Below are positions 49,303 to 55,688 of a stretch of DNA of 64,000 nt, piece after piece; position 1 is the stretch's first letter, and each line of letters begins with the position of its first letter. The stretch spans positions 53,261 through 117,260 of the forward strand of contig JANQQP010000004.1 of assembly GCA_028285005.1 (NCBI GenBank). Reading direction: 5' to 3'. The notes under the pieces were generated by a model. That model was not told where the DNA came from. It searched no databases and was given only the letters and a program-made list of their open reading frames with translations. This DNA is from Dehalococcoidia bacterium (GTDB lineage Bacteria; Chloroflexota; Dehalococcoidia; Lucifugimonadales; Lucifugimonadaceae). The translations under genes and the position numbers were made by a program.

Positions 49303-50322
49303 ATGGTCCCGCCCGTCGTCACCAAGGACACGAAGTATGAGCCGGTGCCCGGCTGGGCGAAGATCCCACACGGTATCTGGCTGCGAGAGGCGACGGCTGT
49401 GACGGTCGATGAGGATGACCGGGTCTATGTGTTTTGCCGCGGAAACGTGCCGGTGCTGGTGTTCGACCCTGATGGCAATCTGATCGACTCCTGGGGCAAC
49501 GACAATCCGCCCGGTGATGTGAGGATCGTCCGTGACTCGTATGGCAACGCCATGCAGTTCTGGAACACCTGGTTCACCAGGACGCACGCCATCACCGCTG
49601 ACGGCTCAGGCAATCTCTGGCTTGTGGACGACGTGGGCAACCAGATCCACAAGATGAGCAAGGACGGCGAGTTCTTGCTGACTATCGGGACAGGTGAAGC
49701 CACGCCTCGGGAGAGCGGCGACCCGTTCTGTCGTCCAACTGACGTTGCGGTGTCTGAGAAGACCGGTGAGGTGTTCATCTCTGACGGTTATGGCAACTCA
49801 CGAGTTCACAGGTACAGCCCGGATGGCGAGTTCATGGCGTCGTTCGGAGAGTCGGGCACGGACGCTGGACAGTTCAGCCTGCCCCACAATTTGGCATTGC
49901 TGGATGACGAGGAGATCGTCGTTTGCGACCGTGAAAACCACCGTGTGCAGGTGTTCACACTGGACGGCAAATACCTGCGTGAATGGCGTGCGCATAAAGC
50001 GGTGGCCGTCGAGGTTGTTGGCACCGGTGCCGATGCGCAGATCTATGTCGCCGAGCAGGGACCTCCGCCGGTGCAGCAGGGCGTTGCGAGGCTCGGCAAC
50101 CGGGTTGATGTCTTCACGCGAGATGGCGAGCTGATCACGCGATTTGGCGCCGATCACTATGGTCAGGGGGCGGACCAGTTCCTGTGGCCGCATTCGCTGG
50201 GAGTCGACTCACGCGGAGACGTTTACGTGGCTGAAGTATCGTTCGTTGAGTGGGGTCGGCACCAGCAGCCTGTGGTCGACAACCCGGCGAGCCTCAGGAA
50301 GTGGCGACGAGTCAGCGGGTAG
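49303..50322 (+). CDS. NHL-repeat beta-propeller protein
   Basis: The ATG at 49303 has an excellent AGGAG 5 nt upstream. There are repeated NHL-like blades (GNLWLVDDVGNQIHKMSKDG, GEVFISDGYGNSRVHRYSPDG, EEIVVCDRENHRVQVFTLDG, GDVYVAEVS). The track start (GTG at 49267) is probably too early. Confidence 0.8.
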   Translation: MVPPVVTKDTKYEPVPGWAKIPHGIWLREATAVTVDEDDRVYVFCRGNVPVLVFDPDGNLIDSWGNDNPPGDVRIVRDSYGNAMQFWNTWFTRTHAITADGSGNLWLVDDVGNQIHKMSKDGEFLLTIGTGEATPRESGDPFCRPTDVAVSEKTGEVFISDGYGNSRVHRYSPDGEFMASFGESGTDAGQFSLPHNLALLDDEEIVVCDRENHRVQVFTLDGKYLREWRAHKAVAVEVVGTGADAQIYVAEQGPPPVQQGVARLGNRVDVFTRDGELITRFGADHYGQGADQFLWPHSLGVDSRGDVYVAEVSFVEWGRHQQPVVDNPASLRKWRRVSG

Positions 50323-50363
50323 AGGGCACATCGGCCGACTGGAACAGAGACGGAGTAACGACG

Positions 50364-51218
50364 ATGCAGCAGCGGGAATATGGCAACACGGGCGAGATGC
50401 TTTCGATCGTCGGGTTCGCAGGCATCGTGGTCAGCAAAGTCGATTCTCGAACCGCAGCCGACGATGTTTCGTGGTCCATCGACCATGGAATCAACTACTT
50501 CGATGTCGCTCCTGCTTACGGCAACGCGCAGGACATGCTTGGGCCGGCGCTGGAGCCACACCGAAACGATGTGTTTCTTGCCTGCAAGACGAAGTATCGG
50601 GATGCAGAGACCGCTCGCGAGGACCTGGAGAACTCGCTTAGGCTGCTGAGGACGGACCGGTTCGACCTGTATCAGCTGCACTCGATGGCGACCTGGGATG
50701 ATTTCGAACAAGCGACCGGACCGGGCGGCGTGCTGGAAATGGTTTCGAAGGCCCGTGACGAGGGCTTGATCCGCTACATTGGCTTCTCGGCCCACTCGTC
50801 CGAGGTTGCGGTCGAGCTGATGAGCCAGTTCCACTTCGATTCGGTTCTGTTTCCGGTCAACTGGGTGAACTTCTTCGAATCGGGATTCGGCCCGAAGATC
50901 ATGGAGAAGGCACAGGCAGAGGGCACCGCTCGTCTTGCGTTGAAGGGGATGGCGTCACACAAGCTGGCGGACCCAACTCAGCGTGTTCGTGAGAAGTGCT
51001 GGTACTACCCGGTGGAGGATCCGGAACTGGCAGCGCTTGCACTCAGATATACGTTGTCGCAGCCGATCACCGCGGCGGTCCCGCCCGGGGACCCCGAGCT
51101 ATTCCGGCTTGCGGTGGAGATCGCCAGCGATTTCGCGCCGATCACCGAGGAAGAGACCGAGCAGCTACGCGAGCGAGCAAAAGGCCTGGCTCCAATATTC
51201 GAGCTGGCGCACGCTTAG
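50364..51218 (+). CDS. aldo/keto reductase
   Basis: The ATG at 50364 is preceded by GGAG. AKR blocks GINYFDVAPAYGNAQ, DLYQLH and IGFSAH are present. Confidence 0.88.
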   Translation: MQQREYGNTGEMLSIVGFAGIVVSKVDSRTAADDVSWSIDHGINYFDVAPAYGNAQDMLGPALEPHRNDVFLACKTKYRDAETAREDLENSLRLLRTDRFDLYQLHSMATWDDFEQATGPGGVLEMVSKARDEGLIRYIGFSAHSSEVAVELMSQFHFDSVLFPVNWVNFFESGFGPKIMEKAQAEGTARLALKGMASHKLADPTQRVREKCWYYPVEDPELAALALRYTLSQPITAAVPPGDPELFRLAVEIASDFAPITEEETEQLRERAKGLAPIFELAHA

Positions 51219-51223
51219 CAGCA

Positions 51224-52357
51224 TCACCCGCTGAAGCGTGCGATTCGATACGGCTCCAGCAGGTCTATCTGGGCTGAATCGAGGATCTCCAGCGCGGCGA
51301 ACTCTCCGGTGAGCGGGGCGAGAGTCACTCCGCTGTGCATCACCGCGAAGTAGAGGTTCGGAACCGAGTCCGCGAAGCCGATCACCGGAAAGCCGTCTTC
51401 GGGCATGGGGCGCATGCCACGACGGATCTGCTTCACCTTCGCTGTCCCGAGCAGCGGGATGAAGTTGGCAACCTCTCCGATAAGCTTTTCGGCATCGTCG
51501 TCACTGGTGTCGCCGACCGAACCTTTGTGCGTTCCACCGTGAACCATCACTGAGCCGTCTGCGAATTGCCGAACGTTCATGAGCGGTTCAGGTAGGTCTC
51601 GTGGCGTGTGCATGCAGACAACGTTGCGAAAGATTGGGCTTAACGGCTCTGTGACAACGGTTGCCCCCGGACTCGTGGTCTGCGGAAACTCGATGCCCGC
51701 CATCGCTGCCAACCCGGTCGTTTCGTAGCCTGCGGCCAGCACCAGCACGTCACATGGCAACTCCTTGCCGCTGGCAAGAGTGATGGCTGTTGCGGCGGAC
51801 TTACCCTCTGCGCTCGGCTCAGTTGTGATCGCGGTGACTGGGTCGTTGGTTATCACGTCGGCGCCGGCCTGCTGAGCGAGATTCAGGCAGGTGCGAACCA
51901 CCCTCTGAGTGTCGACGTGCCCTTCGATGCCACAGTAGACAGCTGAGGTAAAGGGCTCCATGACGACCCCGGGCTCCATTGCACGAGCGTGGTCCCTCGA
52001 CATCTCGATGACCGGGTACCCCCACGATCTCAGCCTTTCGGCCTGATCCAGGAGGTCGGCAGCCCCATCTTCGGTTGCTGTCCACCGCATCTCACCGCCC
52101 CAGCGCAGGCCGATATCTGCGTTGAGATCTCGTGCGAAACGCGGCCACATATCGAGTGAGCGACGGTTGAGGTCGTGGTACTGGCGAGGTTCTTTGTCTC
52201 GCGAGTTGATCCATGCGTAGGAAGCGAGGGTCGCTCCGCTGCCGGGCTGGCTGCCCTCGACTACCGTGACGTTGCGATGCCGTCTCGTCAGTTGAAATGC
52301 GATGGCGGAGCCGATGATGCCAGCTCCAACGATGATGATCCTGGAATTAGGGTTCAT
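51224..52357 (-). CDS. FAD-dependent oxidoreductase (DAO / D-amino-acid-oxidase-type family)
   Basis: The N-terminal FAD motif IIIVGAGIIGSAIAF is present, with DAO-family length and C-terminal blocks. The substrate is unknown. Confidence 0.85.
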   Translation of the reverse strand: MNPNSRIIIVGAGIIGSAIAFQLTRRHRNVTVVEGSQPGSGATLASYAWINSRDKEPRQYHDLNRRSLDMWPRFARDLNADIGLRWGGEMRWTATEDGAADLLDQAERLRSWGYPVIEMSRDHARAMEPGVVMEPFTSAVYCGIEGHVDTQRVVRTCLNLAQQAGADVITNDPVTAITTEPSAEGKSAATAITLASGKELPCDVLVLAAGYETTGLAAMAGIEFPQTTSPGATVVTEPLSPIFRNVVCMHTPRDLPEPLMNVRQFADGSVMVHGGTHKGSVGDTSDDDAEKLIGEVANFIPLLGTAKVKQIRRGMRPMPEDGFPVIGFADSVPNLYFAVMHSGVTLAPLTGEFAALEILDSAQIDLLEPYRIARFSG

Positions 52358-52463
52358 GGATTCTCTGCTGAGACGAGAGTTTGGTCGTATCTGTCACCCT
52401 GCCGACCGATAACGTCACGCTACACCCGGGTGGCCTGGCGTTCACTAGCCCTTTCAACCCATG

Positions 52464-52931
52464 TCAGTCCATGCGGCTCTTAATGAACTGGAGTACCTCT
52501 CGCGGGTTCATCCTGCCCAGCTGCGTGGTCGAGTACATCGATGCCATGACGATTCCATCCGGGTTCAGGACGAACTCGGCCGGTTGGACGATCGTTCTTT
52601 CCTGCCTGACGCCCGAGACGGCACCGACCGCTTCGATCTGCTCGGCATCGACCGAGTAGCCAATCGGGAACGTGATCTCGTTGTCCTCCGTCATGATCCT
52701 TGCACCGACTTCGCCGTCAGCGCTTGCCGCGATCACCTCGATCCCCAAGCGTTCGAAGAGAGGAAGGTTGGACTGCACCTCGGCCAACTGCCGGGCACAG
52801 TAGGGTCACCAGTGCCCACGATAGAAGGCGATGTAGGCCCACGATCCGGCCAGGTCGTCTGGCAACGTGATGCTTTCGTCCCTGAAGACTGGAAGCGCTA
52901 TGGATGGGAACGAATCGCCTGGATTGAGCAA
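52464..52931 (-). CDS. peroxiredoxin-like AhpC/TSA (thioredoxin-fold) protein, candidate selenoprotein (in-frame TGA at 52806-52808 read as Sec)
   Basis: The track ORF (52464..52787) covers only the C-terminal two thirds. Extending the frame upstream gives MLNPGDSFPSIALPVFRDESITLPDDLAGSWAYIAFYRGHW-U-PYCARQLAEVQSN.... The TTG start at 52931 is preceded by AGGAAGG 8 nt upstream. FYRGHW(C/U)PxC is the redox motif of this fold. Confidence 0.75.
52773..52800 (-). promoter_or_regulatory. candidate bacterial SECIS hairpin downstream of the peroxiredoxin-like UGA
   Basis: The mRNA reads UGA-CCCUA-CUGUGCC-CGGC-AGUUG-GCCG-A-GGUGCAG. This gives 11 bp (two of them G-U pairs) with one bulged A. The G/U-containing apical loop starts 17 nt after the UGA. 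Confidence 0.5.
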
Positions 52932-53022
52932 GGGTGATGCCTTCCTGAAAGCTGTTTGACAGGCAAATCGTGACACTGACCGACAGCGGTGTCCAGCGAC
53001 GGTGTCGAACGCTATGTATCGA

Positions 53023-53469
53023 CTATGGCGAGCTCAGTGGTGGCTCTTGCGGCGGCCATGGGCCGTCATAGTCTTCGTAGGAGGCGACTCGCCAATCATC
53101 ATCGATTCGCCGGAGGAGCATTCGATGTGTCGGCGTGCCGCCTGAGGCCAGTTGAATCAGAGTGTGCGCTCTCGCGATGTCACCTGAAGTTTCGTTCAGC
53201 ACGGTCCAGTCGAAGAGGCGGTCCTGCGGTGGAGCGTTTTCACGAGACCGCTCAATGAACTGTTCACGATCAAGCCCGTCTCTGAATTCGGGTGCGCTCA
53301 GATCCCACATCGCTTCGTAGTTACCGCCGAACACCGCCTGTTCAAACTCGATAACCGCTTCTGGCAGGGAGAGGTCGCGATCTCGTGTCGAGGTGAGCGC
53401 AATCACGGCTATCGTCACGTTTACCGCCACGACGATACCGATGAACCCGAGCGCTAGTTTCTTGAGCAT
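53023..53469 (-). CDS. membrane-anchored hypothetical protein
   Basis: 148 aa with an N-terminal TM helix (LALGFIGIVVAVNVTIAVIAL) followed by a soluble domain. No family was recognised. Confidence 0.5.
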   Translation of the reverse strand: MLKKLALGFIGIVVAVNVTIAVIALTSTRDRDLSLPEAVIEFEQAVFGGNYEAMWDLSAPEFRDGLDREQFIERSRENAPPQDRLFDWTVLNETSGDIARAHTLIQLASGGTPTHRMLLRRIDDDWRVASYEDYDGPWPPQEPPLSSP

Positions 53470-53473
53470 CTGC

Positions 53474-53923
53474 CTACGATTCGTGCGGGCCTTCGATCAA
53501 AGCCTCCACCACATTCACGGCGATTTCTTCAGACGGATCATGCTCCCATCCACGGATCACCTTCCAGCCAGCTGACGTCAAGAGTTCCGTGTTTCGGCGA
53601 TCGCGATCTGAGTTTCCATTGATTTTTGCGTTCCAGTATGTGCGATTCGATTTAGGCACACGGCAATGCCTTCGGCAGCCGTGCCAAAAACAGCCATCGA
53701 CGAACACGGCGACTCGGTGTTTGGAGAACACTAGATCAGTCTTAATCGAAACATTGCCGACTTTGACGCGCATGTGCTTTCTAAATCTGAAACCAGCTCT
53801 GTGTAACAGACTTCTGACGACCTTCTCCGGGGAGGTATCAACGCTCTTGTTGGAACGCATTGACTTTGAGACGGCACTCGACGAAGACTTCGGCCACCGT
53901 CTTGTTTGTTGAGGCCTAGACAA
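53474..53923 (-). CDS. vsr: very-short-patch-repair endonuclease (Vsr)
   Basis: Vsr blocks are present: SKSMRSNKSVDTSPE, TDLVFSKHRVAVFVDGCFWHGC, NRTYWNAKINGNSDRD and GWKVIRGWEHD. The TTG start overlaps the upstream gene by 8 nt. Confidence 0.9.
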   Translation of the reverse strand: MSRPQQTRRWPKSSSSAVSKSMRSNKSVDTSPEKVVRSLLHRAGFRFRKHMRVKVGNVSIKTDLVFSKHRVAVFVDGCFWHGCRRHCRVPKSNRTYWNAKINGNSDRDRRNTELLTSAGWKVIRGWEHDPSEEIAVNVVEALIEGPHES

Positions 53924-54458
53924 TGGCGTTATGAGGGTGAGTTACTTCCCCGTCTTGCAGGACCATAAGCAACTCCCCATGAGCCATGACCCAACTGAAG
54001 TTCACGCTACGTCGAAAACGCTGCTGGCTTGGATCAGAGTACGGCTTCTCAGCCAACCACTTCTCGAAAAAAGACGGTGCTAGTTCGGTTCCCGCGGCAA
54101 ACCACAACTCGACTCGTTGAAGATTCCTCTCGTGCATGAAGAAGAGATGTCCTACTGCGATGTCTCGTTGTAACTTCTCTTGCCATGAATTCCGATGGTA
54201 TTGGTACTCGAACGACGACCCTTTTCTTGCTGACTTCACTTCGTAGTCATTAAGGTCGATACCTTCGTTGGTTCCGGTACCTGGATCACCGGTCAGGATC
54301 GACGCGAACACTTCCCAGTCACTTGGACTTGCCACTGTGGAAGGTGATATGTCTCTCGCCTTGTAGAGGCGAAGCTTTCCCTGAAGTGGACCAAACATGT
54401 AGGCATGAAAGAACATGAGTCCTTTCTCGAAATCGAGGCTTGTCGGAGGCTCAACCAA
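53916..54458 (-). CDS. hypothetical protein; candidate restriction endonuclease partner of the adjacent methyltransferase
   Basis: 180-aa ORF wedged between dcm and vsr, with 8-nt overlaps at both ends. GDPGTGTNEGIDLNDYEVK contains a D-x14-E-x-K arrangement compatible with a PD-(D/E)XK core. No family was recognised from memory. The start is ambiguous (TTG at 54458 or ATG at 54416). Confidence 0.55.
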   Translation of the reverse strand: MVEPPTSLDFEKGLMFFHAYMFGPLQGKLRLYKARDISPSTVASPSDWEVFASILTGDPGTGTNEGIDLNDYEVKSARKGSSFEYQYHRNSWQEKLQRDIAVGHLFFMHERNLQRVELWFAAGTELAPSFFEKWLAEKPYSDPSQQRFRRSVNFSWVMAHGELLMVLQDGEVTHPHNAIV

Positions 54459-55614
54459 GAGGCAGCACTCTCTGGGCCGTGTATGGGTCTGTAGAGAGTT
54501 CCTGGGGATCTTCCTTAACTAAAGGAACGGTGGATCCTCCTAGTAGTAGAGGCGTAAGGTAGTTTCTTGACAGAAACCTGATGACAGGTACGCAAACGGC
54601 GTCGCCCAATGCGCTCATTGCCTGATTCGGTGACACTGCGTCCAGCGGAAAGTCTGATGAGCCCTGAAGCCCCGCGTATTCGATTGGGGTCATCCATCGG
54701 ACCCGCGCCTCGCCATTTCCGGCTTCTACTAAGGCCTGCTTGCTTGAGCCGCCTTTTGTGGTTCTAAGACAACCGCTGATCTCATCAGCTCGTATCTCCC
54801 ATGCCGTCTTCCCACTTCGTGTTCTCCGAAATGCAGTAGCCCAACCCACACTGCGAACCCTTTTCATAAGTTCCAAGCGTTTCATTTGGCCGGTAGACAA
54901 CTGCGAAAGGAATTTCTCTGAGCGTTCTTCATCCCACCATCGTTTATCTTCGGGTGCCATGTGCTCCACGACCGAAGCAAGTTTGGTGAGTTTAGGCTTC
55001 GGCGGGTGCAAACTGAGCGCGTGCAGCTCGAGATGTGGGTGTTTTTTTGCGAAATCAAGAATCCACTGAGGACGTATCGACGATGAGAGCCACGCATTCG
55101 CGTGCATAGGCCTATCGAGCATGCCAATTATGAATAGTCTTTGCCGGCTCTGAGGCACGAACGACTTGGCGTCAAGAACAACCAGATCGCAGGAGTAACC
55201 GAGGTCATTGAGGACTTTGACCACCGACGCCAAGTCCTGTCCTTGCGCGGACGAGCCCAATCCAGAAACATTTTCGATGAGAATTGCCCTCGGCCGTTTG
55301 CTTCCCATTCTCTCGACGAGATTCGTGAACGCCCAAAAAACGCTGGACTGATTGCCACTTAGGCCAGCCCGGTTCCCCGCCAGAGACAAGTCTGTGCAAG
55401 GGAAAGAGGCCGTGAACAGATCAACGGTTGGCACAGATTCGGCGCGGACCGCCTTGATGTCTCCGCACACTAGATCATCGGAGCCGAAGCGAGCTTTGTA
55501 GAGCGAACACTTGACTGGGTCGATGTCATTCGCGAACACGACATCAAAGTCAGGCTCTAGCCCCTCCCTCACCAGTCCCATTCCGGCGAAGAACTCTGCT
55601 GCCGTAAGTGACAT
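54451..55614 (-). CDS. dcm: DNA (cytosine-5)-methyltransferase
   Basis: All hallmark m5C-MTase motifs are present in order: I FFAGMGL (FxGxG), IV FPCTDLS (PC), VI ILIENV (ENV), VIII QSRQRLFIIG (QxRxR) and X LGDAVCVPV. Confidence 0.93.
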   Translation of the reverse strand: MSLTAAEFFAGMGLVREGLEPDFDVVFANDIDPVKCSLYKARFGSDDLVCGDIKAVRAESVPTVDLFTASFPCTDLSLAGNRAGLSGNQSSVFWAFTNLVERMGSKRPRAILIENVSGLGSSAQGQDLASVVKVLNDLGYSCDLVVLDAKSFVPQSRQRLFIIGMLDRPMHANAWLSSSIRPQWILDFAKKHPHLELHALSLHPPKPKLTKLASVVEHMAPEDKRWWDEERSEKFLSQLSTGQMKRLELMKRVRSVGWATAFRRTRSGKTAWEIRADEISGCLRTTKGGSSKQALVEAGNGEARVRWMTPIEYAGLQGSSDFPLDAVSPNQAMSALGDAVCVPVIRFLSRNYLTPLLLGGSTVPLVKEDPQELSTDPYTAQRVLPLG

Positions 55615-55618
55615 GTGG

Positions 55619-55638
55619 AATCCCCTTTTTAGGGGATT
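55619..55638. terminator. hairpin between the leuS stop and the dcm start
   Basis: AATCCCCT-TTTT-AGGGGATT is a perfect 8-bp stem. On the minus-strand mRNA it follows the leuS stop by about 50 nt, and its 3' arm contains the only Shine-Dalgarno-like sequence (AGGGGA) in front of the dcm ATG. Confidence 0.4.
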
Positions 55639-55688
55639 ATAGGAGTTTCGTGCCTAAATGTAGGCTCGCACGTCGTTCCCATATGCAT

